Assembly: GCA_026126245.1 (NCBI GenBank)
Contig: JAHCJT010000001.1
Coordinates: forward strand, 11,511-75,510
Source of the DNA: Alphaproteobacteria bacterium
Lineage (GTDB): Bacteria; Pseudomonadota; Alphaproteobacteria; Reyranellales; Reyranellaceae
Reading direction: 5' to 3'
Length of the DNA: 64,000 bases
Shown here one piece after another: positions 27,644-37,269 of this stretch. The translations under genes were made by a program, and so were the position numbers. The stretch's first letter is position 1. Each line of letters opens with the position of its first letter. Under the pieces are notes generated by a model, which worked only from the letters and a program-made list of their open reading frames with translations, ran no database searches and was not told where the DNA came from.

Positions 27644-28858
27644 ATGGGCCAAGTGAGTGGCGTTGATTCCAGGTACGCCTGGGCGCGGCTGGGCGCCAGT
27701 CTCGCGCTGAGCACGCTGGGCGGCGTCGGGATGTGGAGCATCGTGGTGGCGTTGCCGGTCGTCCAGGCCGACTTCGGCATTTCCCGCGCCGACATTTCGT
27801 TCGCCTACACGACCACCATGCTCGGCTTCTGCGCCGGCGGCGTGGCGATGGGCTGGCTGGCCGACACCAAGGGGATCGCGCCGACCGTGCTGCTTGGCGG
27901 GCTGTTGCTGGCCCTGGGTTTCGCCGGTGCCGGCCTGGCACCTTCACTGGGCTGGTTCGCCGCGGCGCAGGGCCTGCTGATCGGCTTCGGGTCGGCCGCA
28001 ACCTTCGCGCCGCTGGTCGCCGACGCGTCGCATTGGTTCGAGAAGCGCCGCGGCATGGCCGTCGCGATCTGCGCCTCCGGCAACTACCTGGCCGGTACCA
28101 TCTGGCCGCCGCTGATCGAGTACGCCATGCGCGGGCAGGGATGGCGCCACACCTATTTGGGCGTCGGCGCGCTTTGCCTGCTGACCATGGCGCCGCTGGC
28201 CCTGACCCTGCGCCGGCCACCACCGTTCCACGCCGCCGAACGGGCCGGCGTCGCCGCGCCCGCGCCGCGCCGCTCGGTCGGGTTGTCGCCCAATGCGCTG
28301 CAGGCGCTGATCGCCCTCGCCGGGCTGGCCTGCTGCGTCGCCATGTCAATGCCTCAGGTCCACATCGTCGCCTACTGCGCCGATCTGGGCTACGGCGTGG
28401 CGCGCGGCGCCGAAATGCTGTCGCTGATGCTCGGCTTTGGCATCGTCAGCCGCATCGCGTCGGGCTGGATCGCCGACCGCGTCGGCGGCGTCGTCACGAT
28501 GCTGATCGGTTCGGTGATGCAGACCGTGGCACTGGTCCTCTACACCGTGTCGGATTCGCTGACCTCTCTCTATGTCGTGTCGGCGCTGTTCGGCCTGTTC
28601 CAGGGCGGCCTGGTGCCCAGCTACGCCATCATCGTGCGTGAATACTTCCCGCCGCGCGAAGCCGGCCTGCGGGTCGGCATCGCCATGTCGGCGACCATCA
28701 TCGGCATGGCGCTGGGCGGCTGGATGGGCGGCGTCCTGTTCGACATGACAGGTTCATACCGTGCCGCCTTCATCAACGGCGTCGGCTGGAACATCGCCAA
28801 TGCCGCAATCGGCTGGTGGCTGCTCGCCCGACAGGGCAGACGTCCGGCGCTCGCCTGA
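27644..28858 (+). CDS. MFS transporter
   Basis: ~12 hydrophobic segments, GWLADTKG and GWIADRVG motif A, WFEKRRGMA. Confidence 0.92.
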   Translation: MGQVSGVDSRYAWARLGASLALSTLGGVGMWSIVVALPVVQADFGISRADISFAYTTTMLGFCAGGVAMGWLADTKGIAPTVLLGGLLLALGFAGAGLAPSLGWFAAAQGLLIGFGSAATFAPLVADASHWFEKRRGMAVAICASGNYLAGTIWPPLIEYAMRGQGWRHTYLGVGALCLLTMAPLALTLRRPPPFHAAERAGVAAPAPRRSVGLSPNALQALIALAGLACCVAMSMPQVHIVAYCADLGYGVARGAEMLSLMLGFGIVSRIASGWIADRVGGVVTMLIGSVMQTVALVLYTVSDSLTSLYVVSALFGLFQGGLVPSYAIIVREYFPPREAGLRVGIAMSATIIGMALGGWMGGVLFDMTGSYRAAFINGVGWNIANAAIGWWLLARQGRRPALA

Positions 28859-28892
28859 AGACGCCGACGACCGGCCGTGGCCGGCGCGCGAT

Positions 28893-30533
28893 CTAGCGCG
28901 CCCCGACCGCCGCCTCCTGCGTCGATCCCGCGTCGCCGAATTGCTCGCGCAGGCTCACCTTGTTGACCTTGCCGGTGGCTGTCATGGGAAGGGCGTCGAC
29001 GAAGATGACGTCGTCCGGCAGCCACCACGACGCCATCCGCTGGCGCAAATGGTCCAGTAGCGCCTCGCGACCGACGTCGGCACCGGCCTTGCGCACCGCC
29101 ACCAGCAGTGGCCGCTCCTGCCACCGCGGGTGCGGCACGCCGATCACGGCTGCCAGTGCAATTCCGGGATGGTCAAGCGCCGCGCTCTCGATGGCCACGC
29201 TGCTGATCCACTCACCACCCGACTTGATCACGTCTTTCGAGCGATCGACGATGTCGATGTAGCCGTCGGGAAAGATCCGCGCCATGTCGCCGGTTTGCAG
29301 CCAGCCATCGGCGGCCGGCGGCTGCTTCAGGTAACCGGCGGCGACCAGCGGTCCGCGCGCCTGCAGGTGACCGAAGGCCTGCCCGTCGCGCGGCAGGACA
29401 GCGCCCGAGTCGTCGACGATGCGCAGTTGCGTGCCAAAGGCGATGCGGCCTGAGCGCAGCTTGTGGTCGATCCGCGTCGCGGACGGCGCGTCGGCCATGC
29501 CCGGTGCCAACGTCGTCTTGGCGACACCCAGCGCTTCAGTCATGCCCCAGCATTGCGCGACATCGATGCCATGTCGATTTTCCAGCGCCTCGACGAGGGC
29601 TCGCGGCGGCTTGGTGCCGGCAATCAACGCGGCGCGCAGTGACGGCAATCGCAGCCCCTTGCCATCCATGAAGTCGAGCAGCGTCAGCCAGACCGTCGGC
29701 ACGGCAGCGGCCAGCGTCACGCCCTCGCCCGCCATGATCTCGTACAGCTTCTCCGGTTCGAAGTTGCGACCCGGCAGCACCAGCTTGTGGCCGTTGAGCG
29801 GCGCGGTATAGACCATCTGCCAGCCGTTGCCGTGGAACAGCGGCGCGATGGGCATGACCACTTCGCGCCCGCCGGACCGGTAGCCGCCGATCATATCGGC
29901 CGTACTCATCAGCAGTGCGCTGAGTATCGTCGAGCGGTGTGAGTTGATGACGCCCTTGGGTGCGCCGGTGGTACCCGACGTATAGCAGATGGTCGAGGCC
30001 TGGCACTCGTCGAACTGCGGCCAGGCATAGTCCGCGTCCTGGCCCGCCAGCAGCGTCTCGTAGCCGACAACGCGCGACAGCCCGTTCTTGGGCAGGTCCG
30101 CGTCGCTGCCGAGAAAAATCCAGCCTTCGACCGTCTTCAGCTGTGGCGCGACACGTTCGGCGATCGGCAGCGTTGCCGCATCGAAGCAGACCCACCTGTC
30201 CTCGGCATGATTGATGATGTAGGCGATCTGCGCCTCGAACAGGCGCGGATTGACCGTGTGCAGAACCGCACCACTGCCGGAAACACCGTAAAAAAGCTCG
30301 AAATGCGGGTGCGTGTTCCACGCCAGCGATCCGACACGGTCGCCGCTGCGGACGCCCAGCGCGCCCAGCGCCTTGGCGAGCTGCTTGGCGCGAAGCACCG
30401 CCTCGCCATAGGTATAGCGATGCAGCTCACCCTCGATGGTGCGCGCCACCACCTCGGTCGCGCCGTGCGAGGTGGCGGCGTGCTCGATGATGCCGGAGAT
30501 CATCAAGGGCGCATCCATCATCAGGCCACGCAT
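28893..30533 (-). CDS. Acyl-CoA ligase (AMP-forming; DmdB/AlkK-like)
   Basis: YTSGTTGAPKG, WGMTE, TGD, DRSKDVIKSGGEWISS, TATGK. Confidence 0.95.
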   Translation of the reverse strand: MRGLMMDAPLMISGIIEHAATSHGATEVVARTIEGELHRYTYGEAVLRAKQLAKALGALGVRSGDRVGSLAWNTHPHFELFYGVSGSGAVLHTVNPRLFEAQIAYIINHAEDRWVCFDAATLPIAERVAPQLKTVEGWIFLGSDADLPKNGLSRVVGYETLLAGQDADYAWPQFDECQASTICYTSGTTGAPKGVINSHRSTILSALLMSTADMIGGYRSGGREVVMPIAPLFHGNGWQMVYTAPLNGHKLVLPGRNFEPEKLYEIMAGEGVTLAAAVPTVWLTLLDFMDGKGLRLPSLRAALIAGTKPPRALVEALENRHGIDVAQCWGMTEALGVAKTTLAPGMADAPSATRIDHKLRSGRIAFGTQLRIVDDSGAVLPRDGQAFGHLQARGPLVAAGYLKQPPAADGWLQTGDMARIFPDGYIDIVDRSKDVIKSGGEWISSVAIESAALDHPGIALAAVIGVPHPRWQERPLLVAVRKAGADVGREALLDHLRQRMASWWLPDDVIFVDALPMTATGKVNKVSLREQFGDAGSTQEAAVGAR

Positions 30534-30609
30534 TGGCGTTCCTCCCTGACAGTGTCGCGGGTCGATCGGCCATCACCGCCAGTCAGCCGGCTGAGCCGCG
30601 AGCCGCACG

Positions 30610-31815
30610 TCAACGTACCAGGCCCGTGCTACGCAGCTCGGCGATGGTGTCGGCGGCATAGCCGAGTTCGGCCAGCACCTCGTCGGTATGCTCTCCAAGC
30701 CTCGGCGCACGGCGCCACGGCCCGGCCGGCGTGGCCCCGAATGCCGCCATGAACCCCAGGTGCCGCATCGGACCATAGTCCGGATCCTCGACGTCGACAT
30801 AGGCGCCATTGTGCCGGACCTGCGGATCGTCGAGAAAGCCATCGACGTCGTTGACCGGCGCAAACGGCACGCCGTGCCGGCGCGCCGCCGCCAGAAAGGC
30901 CGTGGTCGAACGGCACCTGACAGCGTCGCGCAGTTCGGCATGGAGGTCGTCGATGTTGGCCACGCGCGCCGCCGGCGTGGCGAACCGGCGATCGCCGAGC
31001 AGATCAGGCCGTTCCAGCATCGTGCAGACGCCGCTGAACTGGCTGTCCTGCAACACCAGCCCGACAACGTGGCCATCGCTCGTCTCGAAGACGCGGAACA
31101 CGTCGCGCGCCGGCGCCCTGGGCGCATCAGGATTCAGAAAAGTGTGGTTGTTCATGCGCTCGGGCAGGATGAACGCAGCCCAGGCGTCCAACATACGCAC
31201 ATTGATCCTCTGGCCGGTTCCGGCGCCATGGCGATGGTTCAGCGCGGCAAGGATGGCCAGCGCCGCGGACATCGCAGAGATCTTGTCGACGACGGGATTG
31301 CGTATCGGCGCCGGTGCGTTGGCGGTGCCCTGGATCGGCATGAACCCGACAAGGCCCTGCACGACTGGATCGTAGGCGGGCCAGTCGGCGTATGGACCAT
31401 CGTCGCCGAAACCGTTGACCGAAACATAGACCAGCCGCGCATTGTCCCGCCTGAGCGCCTCGTAGCCGAGGCCCAGCCGGTCGGCGACGCCAGGACGGAA
31501 GTTCTCGATCAGCACGTCGACGCGGGTTGCCAATTGACGGGCCACGGCCAGCCCACGCGCGGCCTTGAGGTCGACAGCGATGGCGCGCTTGTTGCGGTTG
31601 TACTGGGTAAAATAGCCGGACATGCCACGATAGATCGGCGGCATGGTACGGATCACGTCGCCGTCGACGCCTTCGAGCTTGATCACGTCGGCGCCGAGAT
31701 CGCCAAGGATGCGGCCGCACATTGGTCCCGACACCATGGTCGACAGGTCGAGCACCCTGATGCCGGCGCAGGGACCCGTCGCACCGGCGGGCAACGGCGA
31801 GGCCGCAACCGTCAC
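30610..31815 (-). CDS. Family III CoA transferase (CaiB/BaiF)
   Basis: GIRVLDLS, LGDLGADVIKLE, NRNKR, ENFRPG, PAYD, APRLGEHT. Confidence 0.95.
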   Translation of the reverse strand: MTVAASPLPAGATGPCAGIRVLDLSTMVSGPMCGRILGDLGADVIKLEGVDGDVIRTMPPIYRGMSGYFTQYNRNKRAIAVDLKAARGLAVARQLATRVDVLIENFRPGVADRLGLGYEALRRDNARLVYVSVNGFGDDGPYADWPAYDPVVQGLVGFMPIQGTANAPAPIRNPVVDKISAMSAALAILAALNHRHGAGTGQRINVRMLDAWAAFILPERMNNHTFLNPDAPRAPARDVFRVFETSDGHVVGLVLQDSQFSGVCTMLERPDLLGDRRFATPAARVANIDDLHAELRDAVRCRSTTAFLAAARRHGVPFAPVNDVDGFLDDPQVRHNGAYVDVEDPDYGPMRHLGFMAAFGATPAGPWRRAPRLGEHTDEVLAELGYAADTIAELRSTGLVR

Positions 31816-31885
31816 CGTCTGGCCCCAAGGCCACGCGTCACGTCGCGGCCCGGCGCGGCGTCTTTGGCCGGTCGTGGCCGGGCGA

Positions 31886-33124
31886 TCACTTGTTGGCGGC
31901 GCTGATCTTGATCACGTCGCCCACCGACACCCAGTACGTGCCGTTGAATTGGGCCAGCTGCATGCCGTGGAACGCCAGGTAGTCCTTTGGCGAGTTGCTG
32001 AGCGTGATGCCCGGCAGCAACATCGGCGCCACGACGTTCTTCAGGTTGGTCGCCTCCTTGAGGATGTTCTCGCGCGTGAGCTCATTGCCGCACTTCTTCA
32101 GGACGTGCGCGATCATGAAGGCGTTGATGTAGCCGGGGACGGCCGTGTTGTCCTCGATGTTGAGGGTCGGCATGTATTTCTTCACGAACGCGGTGTATGC
32201 GACGACATCGGGGTCCTTGAGGGTTGCAGGATCAGTCGGCAGTTTCTCCCAGCGCGCCGTGATGATGCCTTTGGACCGCTCGACGCCGGCAGGAATCAGC
32301 GTCGCGCCGATGCTCGACGCGATGCTGGCGAGGATGTGCAGCGGCTTCCACCCGAGATCGTCGATCTTGCGAATGCCCTGCGCCGCGAATTTCGGAGTCG
32401 TGAACTGCAGCAGCGTATCGGCACCCGACGACTTCAGATCAATGATCTGGCTGTCGACGCTCGGGTCCGTCAGCTCGTGGCTGACCTCCCGCACAATCAT
32501 CGTCTTGGCCTTGTCGCCCAACCCCTTCTTCAGACCGATCAGGAAATCCTTGCCGAGATCGTCGTTGAGATAGAGGACGGCGATCTTGGCATTGGGATTC
32601 TTGCCGAGAATGTAGCTGGCGAAGATCGAGCCCTGCCCGACATAGGTCGGATAGAGCGGAATGATCCAGGGGTAGTTTGCCGGGTCGTTGAAGCGCTCGG
32701 CGCCGGACGTCAGGAACAGGCTGGGGACCTTCTTGCCGTTCAGGTACTTCTGCACCGACGTGTTGGGCGCCGTGCCGAGAAACCCGGCGATCGCCAGCAC
32801 GTTCTCGCTTTCGACCAGTTTGCGGGTCTGCTCCAGCGCCTTGGGCGGATTGTAGGCGTTGTCCAGCGAGATCAGATTGATCTTGCGGCCGTTGATTCCG
32901 CCCTGCTCATTGATCATCTCGAAATAGGCCGACTGCGCCTTGCCGTAGATGCCGAAGCCGGAAGCCGGCCCGCTGTAGGGCGACGTAGTGCCGAGCTTGA
33001 TCTCCGTGTCCGTGACACCGGGGCCATAGTTCTTGGCCGACGCCCCTCGAACGCCGCCCGCCACCGACAGGGCAGTGCCGCCGATCCCGGCCAATACCGA
33101 ACGTCGTGAGGCTCTGGCTGCCAT
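31886..33124 (-). CDS. ABC transporter substrate-binding protein (branched-chain amino acid/aromatic acid family), Tat signal
   Basis: SRRSVL twin-arginine signal, GVTDTEIKLG, SGPAS, GGINGRKI. Confidence 0.93.
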   Translation of the reverse strand: MAARASRRSVLAGIGGTALSVAGGVRGASAKNYGPGVTDTEIKLGTTSPYSGPASGFGIYGKAQSAYFEMINEQGGINGRKINLISLDNAYNPPKALEQTRKLVESENVLAIAGFLGTAPNTSVQKYLNGKKVPSLFLTSGAERFNDPANYPWIIPLYPTYVGQGSIFASYILGKNPNAKIAVLYLNDDLGKDFLIGLKKGLGDKAKTMIVREVSHELTDPSVDSQIIDLKSSGADTLLQFTTPKFAAQGIRKIDDLGWKPLHILASIASSIGATLIPAGVERSKGIITARWEKLPTDPATLKDPDVVAYTAFVKKYMPTLNIEDNTAVPGYINAFMIAHVLKKCGNELTRENILKEATNLKNVVAPMLLPGITLSNSPKDYLAFHGMQLAQFNGTYWVSVGDVIKISAANK

Positions 33125-33173
33125 CGCTTCCTCCCTGGTCGGGCGCTGGCTTCAAGGCTGCCCCGACGGATGT

Positions 33174-33187
33174 TTGATTTAGGTCAA
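33174..33187. promoter_or_regulatory. FNR/FixK-like palindrome next to the -10 of the binding-protein promoter
   Basis: TTGAT-TTAG-GTCAA adjacent to minus-strand -10 TATGGT (33188-33193). Confidence 0.35.
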
Positions 33188-33222
33188 ACCATAGCGTCGA
33201 CGCCTCGCCATGCAACAAGAAT

Positions 33223-33236
33223 CTAACAGTTGGTAG
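33223..33236. promoter_or_regulatory. Putative TetR operator, copy 1
   Basis: CTAACAGTTGGTAG; exact reverse complement of 41471-41484. Confidence 0.75.
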
Positions 33237-33336
33237 TTATTTTTTGACACTGCCGCAGCGCGCACCCGGCGAGACGCGCATCGTCGCGCCGCCGCGATCA
33301 CGCCAAGCTGTGCAGGACCGAAGAACCGGAGGCCGG

Positions 33337-34014
33337 CTACGCCCTGGCTGTTCGCCGGATCAAACCGCCAACCAGCATGCGCATCAGTTCGTTGGCGACA
33401 TCGTCGAGCGTCATCGGACCTTCCGGGTCATACCATTCGGCGACCCAGGTCAGCGCGCCCATGCAAAGCATGCGCACGACGGAAAGGTCGAACCCCGGCT
33501 GCAGCAGCCCCTTCTTCTGGGCCTCTCGCAGGAGATCCCTGAAGATATCGGCGTACTCGCGCTCCTGCGCCATGTGATGGTCGCGCAGGCGTTTGGGCAA
33601 CCGCCGGATTGCCTTGAGCCGTGATGAGAAATGCTCCTGTACCGTGTACTTGAGATGGGCGCGCAACGCGGCGTCGAACCGCACCAAAGGTGAGCTGTCA
33701 GGTCCGGCCTTGGCGATCGCCTCCAGCACCGCCCGCCGTGCCAGGCCGACACCCTCTTCCAGTACCGCACGGATGATCTCGTCGCGGGATTCGAAGTGGT
33801 AGTAGATGCTGCCGGCCTTCATTTTCGCGGCTGCCGCGATATTGCGCAGCGTGACGCGGTCGGACCCCTCCTCCTGAACCAGACGCTTCGTCACCGCGAT
33901 CAGGCGGGCCTTGGTCTTGTCTGCCTTCGTGATCTTGTCTTTGCCGGCTTCCACGAGACGCTGCATCACCCGCCCGGTATCCGCGCCAGGCGACCCGGTA
34001 GGCCGCCCAACCAT
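33337..34014 (-). CDS. TetR family regulator (KstR2-like C-terminus)
   Basis: TLRNIAAAAKMKAGSIYYHFESRDEI HTH; GALTWVAEWYDPEG; start may be 34014 or 33966. Confidence 0.92.
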   Translation of the reverse strand: MVGRPTGSPGADTGRVMQRLVEAGKDKITKADKTKARLIAVTKRLVQEEGSDRVTLRNIAAAAKMKAGSIYYHFESRDEIIRAVLEEGVGLARRAVLEAIAKAGPDSSPLVRFDAALRAHLKYTVQEHFSSRLKAIRRLPKRLRDHHMAQEREYADIFRDLLREAQKKGLLQPGFDLSVVRMLCMGALTWVAEWYDPEGPMTLDDVANELMRMLVGGLIRRTARA

Positions 34015-34045
34015 TGCTGGCTCGAAAGCGGTTATAGAAGCAGCC

Positions 34046-35056
34046 CTACTCCAGGTCCAGCCCAAGGAACCGCCTGGCCGCGCCGGACCATAGCGTCTGG
34101 CCGTGCTCGACGACGTCGGCGACGCTGCAGATGAAGCCTGCGGGGTCGCGCTGCTCGATCAGGTAGGGATAGTCCGTGCCTGCGAAAATCTGGCCGGGCG
34201 CCACGTGGGTTGCCAGGTGCGCCAGATAGTGCGGGTCGTAGACCAGGCTGTCGTAGAAGAACCGGGCGGCGTAGCTGCGAGGCGATTGCGGCAGCTTGCC
34301 GTCAAAGCGTCCCGAGGCGCGCCAGCCATGCTCCATGCGGTGCAGGATCGGGCCGAAGGCACCGCCGCCGTGGCTGAAGCCGATCCGCAAGCGCGGAAAT
34401 CGCTCCAGCACCCCGTCCATGATCAGGCTTGCGGCGCACAGGGCCGTATCGACCGGAAAAGCGGCGAACGGCACAAGCGTCGGCATCGCCGCCAGATGCG
34501 GCGCCTGCAGCGGATGGAGCGCGTGCACGAACACGGCCAGGCCCAGTTCCTCCGCCGCCGCGAAGAACGGATCGAAACGGCGGTCGCCGAGGTACTTGCC
34601 GTTGATGTTGCTGCCGATCTCCACGCCGCTGAGGGCGAACTTCTCCTTCACCAGCCGCAGCTCCTCGGCGGCGCGCGCCGGCTCCTGCATCGGCACGCTG
34701 CCCAGGCCGTAGAACCGGTCCGGCCGCTTCGCCACCATCTCGGCGATCGCGCCGTTGACGAAGCGGGCCAGTTCGGTCGCCGGCGCCGCGTCGAGCCAGT
34801 ACGACAGCAGCTCCGGCATGGGCGACAGCACCTGGGCCGCCACGTGGTCGCGATCCATGTCGGCGACGCGGCGGGCAATGTCCCAAGACCGCTCGTCGAT
34901 CTTGCGGAACGGCTTCTGGCCCATCAGCACTGTCGCTGATGTCGCGCTGTGACACTGCACGCACGGCCATTTCTCGATCCGGCCGCCGGTCGGGTCGGCC
35001 GGCAGCTGGCGCGGCACGATGTGCGAATGCACGTCGATGAGGCCGGATCCGCTCAT
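34046..35056 (-). CDS. Amidohydrolase_2 family protein, ACMSD-like decarboxylase
   Basis: IDVHSH, QVLSPMPELLSYW, GVEIGSNING, FVH, SHGGG, GTDYPY. Confidence 0.92.
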   Translation of the reverse strand: MSGSGLIDVHSHIVPRQLPADPTGGRIEKWPCVQCHSATSATVLMGQKPFRKIDERSWDIARRVADMDRDHVAAQVLSPMPELLSYWLDAAPATELARFVNGAIAEMVAKRPDRFYGLGSVPMQEPARAAEELRLVKEKFALSGVEIGSNINGKYLGDRRFDPFFAAAEELGLAVFVHALHPLQAPHLAAMPTLVPFAAFPVDTALCAASLIMDGVLERFPRLRIGFSHGGGAFGPILHRMEHGWRASGRFDGKLPQSPRSYAARFFYDSLVYDPHYLAHLATHVAPGQIFAGTDYPYLIEQRDPAGFICSVADVVEHGQTLWSGAARRFLGLDLE

Positions 35057-35125
35057 GACACGACACCCCGCTAAGTGCGACGACCTGCTCCGGTCTCGCG
35101 CCGGTCGCCGGACGGCGACGGCCGT

Positions 35126-35647
35126 TCAGATGATGATCGTGAGCTTGCCGGCGTACAGCTGGTCCATGTCAAGCACGGAGCGTTTGGACTTGATCTTCCA
35201 CGGACTGACGGAACAGTCGATGCGGTAGAAATGCTGGCCGTAGTAGGTGTCCACCACGCCGCGCTTGGTGCGGTAGGTGATGAAATTGCAGGTCACGTCG
35301 GCGATGCCGGCGGCGAAGCCCGTGATTCGCACGTTGCTGACAATGTGCCGCAGGCGCGACCGCGGATACTCCGAGTGCGCGTCCTTCTTCAGCAGCCGCG
35401 CCACGCGCTCGCGCAGGCGCACATAGTCATCGGCGATGTAGAAGAGCGACTTGGCCGGATCCAGCTCATCGCCGTCCCCGGTCGGCGGCACCTCATACGT
35501 CGCGCCCTCCGCGAACATCGCGAACCAGTCTTCGACCCGCCACTCGTCGAGCAGCGCGGCCTCCTCGTACAGGAATTCCTCGACCTGGGCTCGCGTGCAT
35601 TGGCCGCTCGCGGTCGCTGCCCGCGCAAGGTGGGCGTCTGCGTTCAT
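35126..35647 (-). CDS. Aromatic ring-hydroxylating dioxygenase beta subunit
   Basis: EEFLYEEAALLDEW, RLRERVARL, HSEYPRSRLRHIVSNV. Confidence 0.93.
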   Translation of the reverse strand: MNADAHLARAATASGQCTRAQVEEFLYEEAALLDEWRVEDWFAMFAEGATYEVPPTGDGDELDPAKSLFYIADDYVRLRERVARLLKKDAHSEYPRSRLRHIVSNVRITGFAAGIADVTCNFITYRTKRGVVDTYYGQHFYRIDCSVSPWKIKSKRSVLDMDQLYAGKLTIII

Positions 35648-35736
35648 GGTTCACCCGTTCATCGAAAACGTCGAAGGCTCCGGCGACTCGTCCCGCCAGG
35701 CGCGCACAGCGCGCCGGGTGGGCCGGCAGCGGTGGA

Positions 35737-37038
35737 TCAGGCGGCCGCCGACATCCGCCGGCGCCACTCGCGCCAGAAGCAGCGCATCTGCTCCTCGTCG
35801 TCGTTCTTGGGTGGCCCGACGCGTGGCATGCCCTTGGAAATGTCGTTCCAGGCCGCCTCGCGGGCGTTGCGATAGCCACGCTGGCAATTCTCCAGCGCCT
35901 CCTGGTCGTCAGGCGTGGCGAATCCGCCCGGCCCGAGGAACTCCAGGAAGTTGAACAGCCTGAGCTTGCGCAGATCGGGATCCTCATCGCGCGACCCCAG
36001 CGCCCAGGCGTTGACCGTCATGCGATCGGCCGCCTCGGGCTGGAAGGTGCGGATGGTGATGGCCATGATGTCATTGATCACCAGGTTGGGGAAAATGATC
36101 ATGTTGCGGCTGTTCTCGGCCATGCGAAGGCCGCGATCCTCGCCGAATCGCTGCACCAGGTGCTTGCGCATTCGCTCGATCACTTCGCGCTTTTCCTCGC
36201 CCCACGACGGCACCCAGCGCGCGATCGGCCGCCCCCAGGGCGAGCCGTACTCGATGACCGCATGGCCGTTGCCGAGGTCGGTCATCTTATTGCCGCTCAG
36301 GTCGAGCGCCTGGTCCATGCGCAGGGCGCCGACATTCTTCAGATAGTCGAACTAGGTGCTGTGGGTCGGAAAGCCGTGGAAGGCGTCGACGCTGTTCTCG
36401 GCCAGCAGCTTCCAGTTGGCCTTGATGATGTACTGCTGGCCGCCGCCGATGACCTCCATACCGGCTTCGGCCTGGTCGGCGACCATGTCGATGAAATCCT
36501 TGGCGCCCGCCAGATAGTCGGCCAGCGAAACGGCATTGGCGTCGAAGTTCACGAACCAGAAGTCGCGGTAGTTCTCCAGCCGCGCCACCTGCTGCAGATC
36601 GGCGCAGCCGCCCTCGTAGTGATCCTTGCCGTAGTTGCCCTCGTCGAAGCGCGAAGCGAAGCGGCCGTTCACGTTGAACGACCAGCCGTGATAGAAGCAG
36701 CGGAACGACAGCGCGTTGCCCTTGGACTCGCGCACGACCGTGGCGCCGCGATGCGGGCAGGTGTTGAGGAACGCATGCACGGCGCCGCCACGATCGCGAT
36801 TGAAGATCAGTTCGCGGCCGCCGACCGTGCGCGTGACGAAATCGCAGTTGTTGGCGATCTCGGAGCCGTGGCCGAGATAGAGCCAGCAACGATCGAAGAT
36901 CTGGCGGCGCTCTTCCTCGAGCACGGTCGGGTCGGTAAACGCCCGCCGCGCGACCCGGAACAGGTGGCGCTCCCTGTCCTCGACGACCATGTTGGCGCCG
37001 GGTTTCGCCGTCTCCGGATAGGCGGCCGCTACGTTCAT
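35737..37038 (-). pseudogene. Rieske ring-hydroxylating dioxygenase alpha subunit (p-cumate dioxygenase-like) interrupted by an in-frame TAG at 36352-36354
   Basis: CPHRG...CFYHGW Rieske motif, NWKLLAENSVDAFHGFPTH, FLGPGGFATPDD; ORFs 36352-37038 and 35737-36318 share a frame and join as HST*FDYLK. Confidence 0.85.
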
Positions 37039-37089
37039 GGCTTCCTCCGTCCCGTCGGGTCGCCGCCCCCGCGAGCGGCAACAGATTAT

Positions 37090-37103
37090 CTAACATTTGT
37101 TTG
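37090..37103. promoter_or_regulatory. Putative TetR operator, copy 2
   Basis: CTAACATTTGTTTG immediately downstream of the -10 of the dioxygenase promoter. Confidence 0.7.
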
Positions 37104-37104
37104 A

Positions 37105-37133
37105 AATCTACACCCCGCCTCCGCGACGGTCAA
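37105..37133 (-). promoter_or_regulatory. Sigma70-type promoter of dioxygenase operon
   Basis: Minus strand TTGACC-N17-TAGATT. Confidence 0.65.
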
Positions 37134-37269
37134 CGACGAGACCTGTGCGGGTCGGATCGCCCTGCGGCTCGCGGCTTCGGCACGCTTGGCCGCGTGGCAT
37201 CTGCCCGAAGCCGGCGCGGATCTTTCCCAGGCCGGGCACTCGCCCGACGTCTTACCGCCGCGGCCGACG

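Noticed and set aside
36352-36354. Genome-wide TAG reassignment or pyrrolysine as the explanation for the in-frame amber
   Set aside because: Many genes here end properly at TAG (e.g. 5033, 6871, 10651, 18777, 41000) and no pyl genes are in the window
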